Shown: positions 37,942-46,916, counted from the first letter of the stretch. The stretch is 47,404 bases of DNA from Oscillospiraceae bacterium (GCA_902796055.1 CADBNM010000073.1:1-47404), one strand, 5' to 3'. Made by a program: numbers and translations. The notes: a model not told the origin generated them from the sequence alone.

Positions 37942-40917
37942 TTATAGCGTTGTAATTGTCTTAACATCACTCCAAGGACCTACCACTAATTTTCCGCTGA
38001 ATGTGTAATAATATTCTCTTGCTCTTACATAGTATGTTCTTCCGGAGCCCCACTGGTCAGCATGCATTACCGAGCCATTTTTTCGGTAAGTAATGCATAT
38101 GTTATTACCTTTGTTTGAAAATGCTTTATTATCACTTAATTGCATTTGGTGGTTGGTAGAACGGTTAAACTTAATATCGAACTTGCCAAAGTCGAGATTA
38201 ACTAATTTAACTATAGGTTTGTTCGGTTTCGTATACTGCCAGCTCTCATAGTTTTTACTGCCGTCGTTCCAATATACTTTATTGCCCACCTTTTTATAAG
38301 TCCTTATACAGTAGTCAACAAATACATCTGATTTTGACAATCGCGGAATAATCATGGAATTTTTAGTGGTGTTTTTGTATTTTACCCATTTGTGTTTACT
38401 GTTGTTATACCTGTAAACCGCATAACCGCTTACATTTTTAGCCTTAGCCCAATTAACTTTAATTGATGTCGCCGAATAACTGACAGCTTTTGCACTTACA
38501 ACAGGTGCAGGTCTTATCTGTAAAGTCTTTTTAATTGTACCGCTGTAATTGCCTTTAAACTTTATTACTATTGTGTAATTACCCACATTTTTGTGACCGC
38601 CCGAAATAGTTATGTTGTAATCCGTCCCTTTTTTATAGTTTGCTTTAAGATAATAATCTTGCAAACCGTAAGAAGTCATAGCCTGTTTGTGGTCGTAGTA
38701 ATACGGCACCGGCACAATCGCTTTGCCTGTATATGAGCACACAGTATCCAAATAGCAGTTTGTAAGTTTTTTAGGCGAGATTTTAAATGTTTTGCTCATA
38801 CTGCCTTCGTACATATCACCTTTGAAAGTTACTGTCACTTTTGCCGTGCCTGCATTTATATTGTTGCTGTAGGCTACAGTGTAATTTGAACTGTCAATAA
38901 CACTTCCTGTGCTGTCTTTCACAGTAACGGCAGGCTTATTTGCTTTGCCCGAATAAGTGTAAGTGCTCTTAGACAATACAATATTTTTCGGTGCGTATAT
39001 TATTGAAGTCGAGCCTTCTGCGCCACAAACCGAGCATTTGGACTTTATTATTTTGCCGTTTCTTTGGTAAGCCGCTTTTGTTTTAATAATGTTTGTAGAA
39101 TTATAACTGTGCTCCGCAAGCGGCAGGGATTCTGTGTAATAGTTATAACAGCGAGAACAGGTATAAGTATTTTTACCCCTTGTAGTACAAGTTGAATAGG
39201 TAGTGCTCGTTTTTTGGTAGTTGTGACCCAAAGCGGCAATATCTTCATAATAACTATTATCACAACGAGAACAAGTATATTTTTGTTTGCCTTTTGAAGT
39301 GCAAGTGGGATTGGTTGTAACTACAGCATTGTTGTAACTGTGACCTAAAGCGGCAATAGTTTCTCCGCCGTAACTGTCACCACAGCGAGAGCAGGTGTAT
39401 TTATCTGTTTTACCTGTTTTAGTGCAAGTAGCGGCAAAACCCGCAGTTTTAATATAATCGTGACCTAAAGCGGTAATAGTTTCTCCGCCGTAACTGTCAC
39501 CACAGCGGGAGCAAGTGTATTTATCTGCTTTACCGGTTTTAGTGCATGTGGCGGCAGAACCCGCAGTTTTAATATAATCATGACCTAATGAGTTTGTATA
39601 ATCATCTTTGTAAACATCAGAGCACCTTGAACAAGTATAGGTAGTATAGCCTTTTTCGGTGCATGTCGGGGCAGTAATAGTTGATTGATAATCGTGACCT
39701 AATGCTGCTTCGGTTTCTTCTTGCTCTATAAAAATCGTGCCACATGCTTTACAATGACTGCCTTGTGTAAGCCCGCTTTTGGTGCAGGTCGGCTCCGTAG
39801 CAACATCTATTTCTTCAACATGATTGCAAATATAATTGCGGTTGTATTTTTTTGCATATTCATAAACATTTTTCGAACCGTTAATTATAATAGTTGTGTT
39901 TTTGGGAATTGTATCCGCCAAATAATAAATACTGCAGTTTTCGCTTTTAATATCAATGCTTGATAATTTACTGCAAGCGTAAAATACATAAGCACCAATA
40001 CATGTAACAGAATCTGGAATTGTGATGCTTACCAAACTGCTACAATCTTGAAATGCATAATGATTAATGGTTGTAACTGAATTCGGAATCGTTACGGTTG
40101 TCAAACCGCTACACCATTCAAATGCACTATGACCAATGTTTGTGACTGAATTCGGAATCGTTACGGTTGTCAACCCGCTACACCATGCAAATGCACCTTT
40201 TTCAATGCTTGTAACAGAATCGGGAATTGTTACACTTGTTAAACCGCTACAAGCGCAAAATGCATAATCGCCTATACTCGTTACGCTGTCGGGTATTGTC
40301 AATGTTCCTGTGATTCCACTGCAACATCTAAAAGCAGAATCACCAATGCTTGTAACAGAAGCCGGAATAGTGATATTTGTCAAACTCCTGCAACCGTAAA
40401 ATGCATAATTGCTAATGCTTGTGATAGAATCTGGAACCGCTATTTCTGTAACTAATTTTCTATTAAGATATAGGGAGGCTTTGTTAGTATAATAAAAAGG
40501 ATTTGCATACTGCCCGTCAAAATCTATTTTACACCAAGATTCAATGCTACTAATATTTATCTCTGCTAAATCATTATTATCTTCAAACGCATATTTACCA
40601 ATACTTTTTATAGTATCGGGAATGGTGATGCTTATCAAACCACAATCTTCAAACGCACAACTGCCAATATGTGTTACACCGGATTCAATGATTACTTCTT
40701 TAATGTTAGTTCTAAAAAACAGACTACCATATGATGAATAATTATACATTTCACCGCTACCGCTTATTATAAGCGATTTTGTAATGGAATAAAAAGTATA
40801 TGTGACATTATCGCCGCATTTACCACTACTTGACAAAGCATTAGAAGTTATTTGCAGTCCTGCAAAGGTGCTGCAAATCATTACGATTACTAAAATAACA
40901 CTTAATAATCTTTTCAT
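37942..40917 (-). CDS. large secreted surface protein: BspA-type leucine-rich repeats, six to seven Cys/His modules, MBG-like Ig modules and an Fn3-like domain
   Basis: Signal peptide MKRLLSVILVIVMICSTFAGLQITSNA. About nine ~23-aa repeats IPDSVTSIGxxAFxxCSGLTxVT. Modules PTCTxxGxxxYTCSRCxxxY...LGH. YTYSGKANKPAVTV...NAGTAKVTVTFKG. Fn3-like SIKVNWAKAKNVSGYAVYRYN. ATG 40917 with an AAAGGAGA SD overlaps the upstream stop as TAATG. Confidence 0.85.
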   Translation of the reverse strand: MKRLLSVILVIVMICSTFAGLQITSNALSSSGKCGDNVTYTFYSITKSLIISGSGEMYNYSSYGSLFFRTNIKEVIIESGVTHIGSCAFEDCGLISITIPDTIKSIGKYAFEDNNDLAEINISSIESWCKIDFDGQYANPFYYTNKASLYLNRKLVTEIAVPDSITSISNYAFYGCRSLTNITIPASVTSIGDSAFRCCSGITGTLTIPDSVTSIGDYAFCACSGLTSVTIPDSVTSIEKGAFAWCSGLTTVTIPNSVTNIGHSAFEWCSGLTTVTIPNSVTTINHYAFQDCSSLVSITIPDSVTCIGAYVFYACSKLSSIDIKSENCSIYYLADTIPKNTTIIINGSKNVYEYAKKYNRNYICNHVEEIDVATEPTCTKSGLTQGSHCKACGTIFIEQEETEAALGHDYQSTITAPTCTEKGYTTYTCSRCSDVYKDDYTNSLGHDYIKTAGSAATCTKTGKADKYTCSRCGDSYGGETITALGHDYIKTAGFAATCTKTGKTDKYTCSRCGDSYGGETIAALGHSYNNAVVTTNPTCTSKGKQKYTCSRCDNSYYEDIAALGHNYQKTSTTYSTCTTRGKNTYTCSRCYNYYTESLPLAEHSYNSTNIIKTKAAYQRNGKIIKSKCSVCGAEGSTSIIYAPKNIVLSKSTYTYSGKANKPAVTVKDSTGSVIDSSNYTVAYSNNINAGTAKVTVTFKGDMYEGSMSKTFKISPKKLTNCYLDTVCSYTGKAIVPVPYYYDHKQAMTSYGLQDYYLKANYKKGTDYNITISGGHKNVGNYTIVIKFKGNYSGTIKKTLQIRPAPVVSAKAVSYSATSIKVNWAKAKNVSGYAVYRYNNSKHKWVKYKNTTKNSMIIPRLSKSDVFVDYCIRTYKKVGNKVYWNDGSKNYESWQYTKPNKPIVKLVNLDFGKFDIKFNRSTNHQMQLSDNKAFSNKGNNICITYRKNGSVMHADQWGSGRTYYVRAREYYYTFSGKLVVGPWSDVKTITTL
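39340..39579 (-). repeat. two tandem 120-nt near-identical repeats inside the surface-protein CDS
   Basis: 39340-39459 versus 39460-39579 differ at about 8 positions by my count. Each encodes one GHDYIKTAG.AATCTKTGK.DKYTCSRCGDSYGGETI.AL module. Confidence 0.9.
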
Positions 40918-41519
40918 TACTTTTTCTCCTTTTTCCAATTATCAAAGTCATAGGCTAATTTACTGCCTTTGTCTTTTGTTAAAAAACCTATTATTTTTTG
41001 AACATCATTATATTGTTCATTCTCAATAGATGTCCAGTGTATGTCATTTTCTCTGATTGCAATCAATGTTTTTTCTTTAATTCCACATTCTTTAGCGAAT
41101 GAGTTGGGCAAATCTTTAACATCTTCAGCCAAACAGTCTAAAATAGTGCTGTCAAGCGGACAGTCGCAATATTTCTCATCAATGTCAATTATATGCCCCT
41201 CGTATTTGTTCAAAACAACCAAATATTTTAAACTCATATTCACCAATTTTTGAATTGCACCAAATTCAACATTTTCATATTTGGTCTTTAAACACTTAAT
41301 AAATCTTTTTGATGATTTTGTTTGACCATCATTTTTTCTAATTAAATCGCACAGTTTATTTATCAACGCCCTATTTTGCAAAATGTAAAAAGGCAAGTGA
41401 AACCTACCTGTAAGCACATCTCTATGTGCTCGAAAAACACAATCGTAAATCCTATCTTTATCTTTGTGTTTAGGTATGACACTAACTGTTAAAAACTCAC
41501 TCATTTTCTTTTCATCCAT
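40917..41519 (-). CDS. hypothetical cytoplasmic protein (200 aa), no family recognised
   Basis: ATG 41519 (MDEKKMSEF) is preceded by GGAGGTG. No signal peptide or TM segment. Motifs GAIQKLVNMSLKYL and CDCPLDS. Translationally coupled to the LRR protein. Confidence 0.7.
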   Translation of the reverse strand: MDEKKMSEFLTVSVIPKHKDKDRIYDCVFRAHRDVLTGRFHLPFYILQNRALINKLCDLIRKNDGQTKSSKRFIKCLKTKYENVEFGAIQKLVNMSLKYLVVLNKYEGHIIDIDEKYCDCPLDSTILDCLAEDVKDLPNSFAKECGIKEKTLIAIRENDIHWTSIENEQYNDVQKIIGFLTKDKGSKLAYDFDNWKKEKK

Positions 41520-41716
41520 AAAAACACCTCCAAAAATCAAAAATGGCGTACAGCCGAAGCCATACGCCCAAAAACGCAAGCTCGGTTGTCGCCAAACAAT
41601 TACACATATAACGCTACCGATATAGTATGCAAATCAGAGCATGCATTTTTATCAAGATAGATAAAAATAGCATACCTAATCAGTAGCAAAAATATTCACT
41701 TGTGTAATTATTTGGC
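41520..41716 (-). promoter_or_regulatory. structured 5' leader L1 (nested helices P1-P4 plus UUCG-loop intrinsic terminator)
   Basis: Minus-strand pairings: P1 41716-41701 / 41606-41591 (16 bp), P2 gcuacug / cgguagc, P3 gguaugc / gcauacu, P4 auuuuuauc / gauaaaaau. Terminator ggcguauggc-UUCG-gcuguacgcc (41568-41545) plus AUUUUUGAUUUUU lies directly before the SD. Confidence 0.6.
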
Positions 41717-41722
41717 ATTTTT

Positions 41723-41752
41723 ATTCTACCATATATTATTATAATTAGTCAA
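41723..41752 (-). promoter_or_regulatory. sigma-A-type promoter driving leader L1
   Basis: Minus strand: TTGACT (41752-41747), 18-nt spacer, TGgTAGAAT (-10 at 41728-41723). Confidence 0.6.
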
Positions 41753-41789
41753 TAGACCGAAAAGAGTTCACTTTTGTGAACTTAGCAAT

Positions 41790-41818
41790 AAAAAAAGGCT
41801 TCCCCTTGAGGGGAAGCT
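41790..41818 (-). terminator. Rho-independent terminator of bioY
   Basis: Stem gcttcccc / ggggaagc. The minus strand continues with CTTTTTTT. Confidence 0.8.
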
Positions 41819-41849
41819 GTCGCCAAAGGTGACTGATGAGGTGAAAAAG

Positions 41850-42392
41850 TCACTTTATATATTTCCTCAGCCTTTTTGCGAGCAGTATCGCCATCGCCAT
41901 TTTAATAGCGTCGGGCAGGATAAACGGGAAAACGCACCAGCCGAGCACCGTCATTAGCGTTACTGCGCCGTTGGCTTTAATATACAGATACATAAACCAA
42001 GCCGTGCCGAAGGCGTAGCAAATTAAAAGTCCCAAAACAAGCGAGATAATCTGTATATGCAACTTTTCGCCGAAAATCGAAGTGAGCAGCCAATAAATCG
42101 CGCCGAGCAGTATAAAGCCTAAAATGTAGCCGCCCGTGTTGCCTGCAAGCACTCCTATTCCGCCCTTAAAGCCTGAAAAAACCGGAATACCTGCCGCGCC
42201 GAGCGCGATGTAAACCAAAATCGAATAAAAGCCGTTTCGCCCGCCGAGCAGTGTAAGCGAGAGGAAAATGGCGAGCGTTTGCAGGGTAAAAGGCACCGTC
42301 GTCGGTATGCTCACCCAAGAAAAAAGTGCGATTATCGCGCTGAATATTCCTATATATGCAATATCTAAAGGTTTAAATTTTTTCTCTTTCAA
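41850..42392 (-). CDS. bioY: biotin transporter BioY (ECF S-component)
   Basis: Six-TM protein with the GGYILGF motif typical of BioY. TTG start at 42392 after GGTGA. A BirA operator lies upstream. Confidence 0.88.
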   Translation of the reverse strand: MKEKKFKPLDIAYIGIFSAIIALFSWVSIPTTVPFTLQTLAIFLSLTLLGGRNGFYSILVYIALGAAGIPVFSGFKGGIGVLAGNTGGYILGFILLGAIYWLLTSIFGEKLHIQIISLVLGLLICYAFGTAWFMYLYIKANGAVTLMTVLGWCVFPFILPDAIKMAMAILLAKRLRKYIK

Positions 42393-42409
42393 TTTCTATC
42401 ACCGTTAAT

Positions 42410-42463
42410 ATTTTAAGCGCAAAAATAAAAAATGTCAACCAAAATTTTAAATTTAGGTTGACA
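42410..42463 (-). promoter_or_regulatory. bioY promoter overlapped by a BirA operator
   Basis: Inverted repeat TGTCAACC-N15-GGTTGACA (42433-42463). Minus-strand TTGACA (42438-42433), 17-nt spacer, TAAAAT (42415-42410). Confidence 0.8.
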
Positions 42464-42496
42464 ATAATTTTAAGTAATTTGTACTCGGGCAAAGCC

Positions 42497-43012
42497 TTAC
42501 TTCTTTTTTCTCTTAACAAGCCAATTTATCAGAAACACTAAAGCAGTAATACAGCAAGCGTAAGTCAAAATATTTTTCGCCGCGCTTACCGCGCTTGCCG
42601 CTGGAATAAATTTATCCGTCTTAAGCATTATAATACTTAAAACATCCTCTATAACATCAACTGCAAACAGCGCAATCGGCAGAAAAATGAGTTTATATCC
42701 GATTTTATTGAGCTTTATAAACAGCCCTAAAAACAGGTAAGTATAGGCGAACATAAACACAAAGTCAAGCGCAATCGCGGCGTAAAAATATGTTTTTCCC
42801 GTAGCGGTAATATTTTGTATAAACTGCTCGCCGACTGCCTTCGGGTAAGCGAACGCCTGCAAATCAAAAGCCGCTATGCCTCCCGCCGCCGCTTTAACTG
42901 CGGGGAAGAGGAAAATATCCATTCCTGCAAGCGCAACCACGCTTACTATCGCGCTTATTATAAGATATTTTTTTGTGCTCTGTGAGCTGAAATATTCTTT
43001 CATTTTAATCAC
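42497..43012 (-). CDS. hypothetical polytopic membrane protein (about 170 aa)
   Basis: Four to five hydrophobic segments and no recognisable motif. GTG 43012 or ATG 43003 are both possible starts. Confidence 0.6.
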   Translation of the reverse strand: MIKMKEYFSSQSTKKYLIISAIVSVVALAGMDIFLFPAVKAAAGGIAAFDLQAFAYPKAVGEQFIQNITATGKTYFYAAIALDFVFMFAYTYLFLGLFIKLNKIGYKLIFLPIALFAVDVIEDVLSIIMLKTDKFIPAASAVSAAKNILTYACCITALVFLINWLVKRKKK

Positions 43013-43077
43013 CGATTCTTATTATATCATTATTGTTAAAATATGTAAACAGGGGAATACTATTTCAAGGTGGTAAT

Positions 43078-43302
43078 ATGACGAAAAATCTGCTTGTAAA
43101 ATATCAAAGGCAAAAATGCCTGAAGGTGCTCGTTTTAAGCGCGCTTGTTTTTTTCTTCTGCGCTTTTATCGTTTACAGCAATACCCGCTTTAACGGCTTT
43201 GCGGATGTTAAGCCCTTTTCGCATTATATTTGTGTTGCCAAAGCGGTTTTTGAAAAAATCTGCGCAGTGCTGTTTAATTTTTCCAAAAGATTTTTATACT
43301 AA
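43078..43302 (+). CDS. small membrane protein (74 aa) in the position occupied by yqxA upstream of lepA in Bacillus
   Basis: ATG 43078 follows AAGGTGG. One TM segment (VLVLSALVFFFCAFIVY). The assignment is positional only. Confidence 0.45.
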   Translation: MTKNLLVKYQRQKCLKVLVLSALVFFFCAFIVYSNTRFNGFADVKPFSHYICVAKAVFEKICAVLFNFSKRFLY

Positions 43303-43367
43303 CCCTTGCAAGAGCGCATATAAAAATGTTAATATATAATGTATATTAATTTCAGGAGTTTTATTTT

Positions 43368-45179
43368 ATGTCCTTTCCAAAAGATAAAATCAGGAATTTT
43401 TCAATAATAGCGCATATAGACCATGGCAAATCTACCTTGGCGGACAGGCTTTTGGAGCTCACAAGCTCTGTAGCAAAGCGCGATATGACCGCCCAGATTT
43501 TGGACGATATGGACTTGGAGCGCGAGAGGGGAATAACCATCAAGGCGCACGCCGTTACTCTCGATTATACTGCGAGTGACGGTGAGGAGTATATGCTCAA
43601 TCTCATTGATACTCCCGGGCATGTTGACTTTAATTATGAGGTTTCCCGTTCTCTTGCAGCCTGCGAGGGCGCGCTGCTTGTGGTCGACGCTTCTCAGGGC
43701 GTTGAGGCCCAGACGCTTGCTAATACATATTTAGCGCTCGACAACGACCTCGAAATAGTGCCGATTATCAATAAAATTGACCTTCCCGCCGCAGAGCCGG
43801 ACAGAGTTGCCAAAGAAATCGAGGATGTTATCGGCATACCCTGCGACGATGCGCCGAGAGTATCTGCGAAAACAGGTATTAACATCGAGCAGGTGCTCGA
43901 AACCATAGTTACCGATATTCCCGCACCCGAAAATCACGACGATAAACCTCTCAGAGCCTTGATTTTTGATAGTGTTTACGATAACTATAAGGGCGTAGTG
44001 GTTTATGTGAAAATAGTTGACGGTAAAATAAGAAACGGAGATACTATGCGCATAGTATCAACAGGTGCGGAATTCACCGTCGTAGATGTCGGTAGAATGA
44101 GAGCGACCTCAATGGAAAGCACGGGCGAGCTCAGCTCGGGCGAGGTTGGTTATATTACCGCTTCAATTAAAACAATTCACGATGCTAAGGTCGGCGATAC
44201 CGTAACGCTCGCTTCCAATCCCTGCAGCGAACCGCTTGCGGGCTACAAGGAGGTTCAGCCTATGGTTTACTGCGGCGTTTATCCTGCGGACGGCGCCGAT
44301 TATGAAGCACTCAGAGACGCGCTCGATAAGCTCAAGCTCAACGACGCTTCTCTCTCCTTCGAGCCCGAAACCTCGGGTGCGCTCGGCTTCGGCTTCCGCT
44401 GCGGATTCTTGGGACTTTTGCACCTCGAAATTATCCAAGAACGCCTCGAAAGGGAATATAATCTCGACCTTGTAACAACAATCCCGAGCGTTGTTTATAA
44501 AATACATATGACCGACGGCAGCGTGCTTGAAATCGACAACCCCACTCACTATCCCGACCCTGCGGATATTGATTATTGCGAGGAGCCTATAACCGAAACG
44601 CATATCTACAGTCCCGCCGACTGTGTGGGAACCATAATGGATTTGTGTCAGGACAGGCGCGGAACCTATGTAGGTATGGATTATATCACGCCCGACAGAG
44701 TAGATATAACCTATATGATGCCGCTCAATGAAATAATTTATGACTTTTTCGATTCTCTAAAATCGAGAACGAGGGGCTATGCCAGCCTTGACTATGAAAT
44801 AAAGGGTTATGAGCAGAGCAAACTTGTTAAACTTGATGTGCTTTTAAACGGCGATATTGTGGATGCGCTCAGCTTCATTCTGCACGCTGATAAAGCCTAT
44901 CCGAGAGCGAGAAAAATTGCCGAAAAGCTAAAGGCAAACATTCCGAGACAAATGTTTGAAATACCTGTTCAAATTGCAATCGGTGGCAAGATTATCGCAA
45001 GAGAAACCGTTAAGGCTATGCGCAAGGATGTGCTTGCAAAGTGCTACGGCGGCGATATATCCCGAAAGAAAAAGCTGCTTGAAAAGCAAAAAGAGGGTAA
45101 AAAGCGTATGCGTCAATTCGGCAAGGTTGAGGTGCCGCAGGAGGCGTTTATGGCAGTGCTTAAGCTTGATGATGAATAA
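43368..45179 (+). CDS. lepA: translation elongation factor 4 (LepA)
   Basis: [30 protein letters not shown] and NKIDLP G-motifs, plus the LepA-specific C-terminus. Confidence 0.98.
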   Translation: MSFPKDKIRNFSIIAHIDHGKSTLADRLLELTSSVAKRDMTAQILDDMDLERERGITIKAHAVTLDYTASDGEEYMLNLIDTPGHVDFNYEVSRSLAACEGALLVVDASQGVEAQTLANTYLALDNDLEIVPIINKIDLPAAEPDRVAKEIEDVIGIPCDDAPRVSAKTGINIEQVLETIVTDIPAPENHDDKPLRALIFDSVYDNYKGVVVYVKIVDGKIRNGDTMRIVSTGAEFTVVDVGRMRATSMESTGELSSGEVGYITASIKTIHDAKVGDTVTLASNPCSEPLAGYKEVQPMVYCGVYPADGADYEALRDALDKLKLNDASLSFEPETSGALGFGFRCGFLGLLHLEIIQERLEREYNLDLVTTIPSVVYKIHMTDGSVLEIDNPTHYPDPADIDYCEEPITETHIYSPADCVGTIMDLCQDRRGTYVGMDYITPDRVDITYMMPLNEIIYDFFDSLKSRTRGYASLDYEIKGYEQSKLVKLDVLLNGDIVDALSFILHADKAYPRARKIAEKLKANIPRQMFEIPVQIAIGGKIIARETVKAMRKDVLAKCYGGDISRKKKLLEKQKEGKKRMRQFGKVEVPQEAFMAVLKLDDE

Positions 45180-46248
45180 AAATATAGGCGTTTATGTGCA
45201 TATTCCTTACTGTAACTCCAAATGTCCCTATTGCGATTTTTATTCTTTAGCGGATAAGAGTAGGGCAAGGGAGTATGTAGAAGCGGTAAATGTAAAGTTA
45301 AAAAACTTTACCAAAGATAATTTTTGTAAAGCCGATACACTTTACATAGGCGGCGGAACGCCGTCATCGCTGCCTGCCGAAATGCTTTGCAGCATAGTGG
45401 AAAATGTGAAAAAATCCTTTAGATGCGTGCCTGAGGAGATTACTGCAGAGTTTAATCCTTCGGATGCAGACGAGGATTATTTCAAAAAGATTTTTGCAAG
45501 CGGAGTAAACAGGCTCAGCTTCGGAATGCAGTCCGCTGTAGATTCCGAACGCCGTTCGCTCGGCAGAAGGGCGGACAAAAATCAGGTTGAAAAAGCCGTT
45601 TTGCTTGCAAAAAAAGCGGGCTTCAATAACATTTCTCTCGATTTAATGCTCGGTATACCGAAGCAGACGGGCGCTTCGCTGTCAGAGTCGATAGCCTTTT
45701 GCGCAGAACTCGGAGTACGGCATATAAGCGCATACATATTAAAGCTTGAAGAAGGAACATTTTTCTATAAAAACTCTTCTAAGCTTAATTTGCCCGATGA
45801 AGATGAAACCGCCGATTTGTATTTGCAGGCGGTAAGCGAGCTTGAAAAAGCGGGATTTTTGCAGTATGAAATATCGAATTTTGCAAAAGCGGGCGCCGAG
45901 AGTAAGCATAATTTAAAGTATTGGCGCTTGGAGGATTACCTCGGAATAGGCGCCGCAGCCCATTCTTGCATAAACGGTAAACGCTTTTATTATCCGCGTG
46001 ATATAGATTATTTTATAAATGGCGGCGAGCCGATTGCGGACGGCGAAAGCGGGAGCTGTGAAGAGAAAATTATGCTCGGATTGAGACTGAAAGAAGGCAT
46101 AAAAAAAGAGCTTTTAAGCGAAAAATCTCTAAATGAAATACCCGATTTGGAGCAAAACGGATATATAAAAACAACCCCCGAGAATATATCTTTAACCCCG
46201 CAAGGCTTTCTCATATCAAACACAATAATAAATATGTTAACAGAGTAA
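45169..46248 (+). CDS. hemW: radical SAM heme chaperone HemW (HemN-like, oxygen-independent coproporphyrinogen oxidase family)
   Basis: [16 protein letters not shown] CxxxCxxC motif. ATG 45169 overlaps the lepA stop, giving the conserved lepA-hemN/W pairing. Confidence 0.93.
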   Translation: MMNKNIGVYVHIPYCNSKCPYCDFYSLADKSRAREYVEAVNVKLKNFTKDNFCKADTLYIGGGTPSSLPAEMLCSIVENVKKSFRCVPEEITAEFNPSDADEDYFKKIFASGVNRLSFGMQSAVDSERRSLGRRADKNQVEKAVLLAKKAGFNNISLDLMLGIPKQTGASLSESIAFCAELGVRHISAYILKLEEGTFFYKNSSKLNLPDEDETADLYLQAVSELEKAGFLQYEISNFAKAGAESKHNLKYWRLEDYLGIGAAAHSCINGKRFYYPRDIDYFINGGEPIADGESGSCEEKIMLGLRLKEGIKKELLSEKSLNEIPDLEQNGYIKTTPENISLTPQGFLISNTIINMLTE

Positions 46249-46275
46249 AAAAAGTGTCGGCGCCGACACTTTTTA
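46249..46275. terminator. bidirectional Rho-independent terminator
   Basis: Perfect palindrome gtgtcggc / gccgacac, flanked by AAAAAA and TTTTT. Confidence 0.85.
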
Positions 46276-46304
46276 TTATATTTAGAGAGTTGATACTGGG
46301 GATG

Positions 46305-46916
46305 TTACTCGTGCATTTTCTTTGCAGGGACACCTACATATGTTCCTTTTTGTTCAATGCTTTTAACAACCACTGCTCCGGCTCCTATCATACACTCCTC
46401 GCAAATTTTTACGTCGTTGCTTACGGTAGCACCTGCGCCAATCCAAGTTTTGTTTCCTACAGTAACTGTCCCTGCGCATTTTGCGCCTACTGAAATGTGG
46501 ACAAAATCTCCTATCGAATTGTCGTGTTCAACAAGAGCCGAGGAATTGATGATGCAGTGCTTTCCAATTATTGAGTTAGGATTAATAACGGCATTTGGCA
46601 TTATAACGCTACCTTCACCTATAGAGGTATTAATTGAAGATATTACTGCGCTCGGATGAATGGCTGTATACCATTTTACTCCCTGCATTCTCTCTGAGAT
46701 TGCTTCTCTTGCTTTTGCAGAGCCTATGGCGATTATGAAATAGTTTTCTTTATATTTGCGAAAATCAGTATCCTCTCCTAAAATCGGCAGGCTTAAAAAT
46801 TCGCTTCTTTTGTGGTTAGCTTCAAGAAATCCGACTATATGGTCGCCTGACTTTTGTATTATATCGGCAACAACCTTTGCGTGACCGCCTGCACCTATAA
46901 TTACAACCTTTTTCAT
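46305..46916 (-). CDS. NeuD/PglD-family sugar O/N-acetyltransferase (left-handed beta-helix, hexapeptide repeats)
   Basis: MKKVVIIGAGGHAKVVADII N-terminal Rossmann-like domain, followed by hexapeptide repeats (IGEGSVIMPNAVI..IGKHCIINS..). Start set to ATG 46916; the ORF-track extension to 47072 runs through the leader. Confidence 0.88.
   Translation of the reverse strand: MKKVVIIGAGGHAKVVADIIQKSGDHIVGFLEANHKRSEFLSLPILGEDTDFRKYKENYFIIAIGSAKAREAISERMQGVKWYTAIHPSAVISSINTSIGEGSVIMPNAVINPNSIIGKHCIINSSALVEHDNSIGDFVHISVGAKCAGTVTVGNKTWIGAGATVSNDVKICEECMIGAGAVVVKSIEQKGTYVGVPAKKMHE

Noticed and set aside
41520-41716. Possibility that L1/L2 are known riboswitches (for example SAM, TPP, FMN, glycine, c-di-GMP, preQ1, T-box)
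   Set aside because: I could not find the conserved core sequences of those classes that I remember. There is no T-box motif or specifier loop, no GNRA-receptor c-di-GMP core and no TPP CUGAGA box. This is only a by-eye exclusion and needs an Rfam scan.
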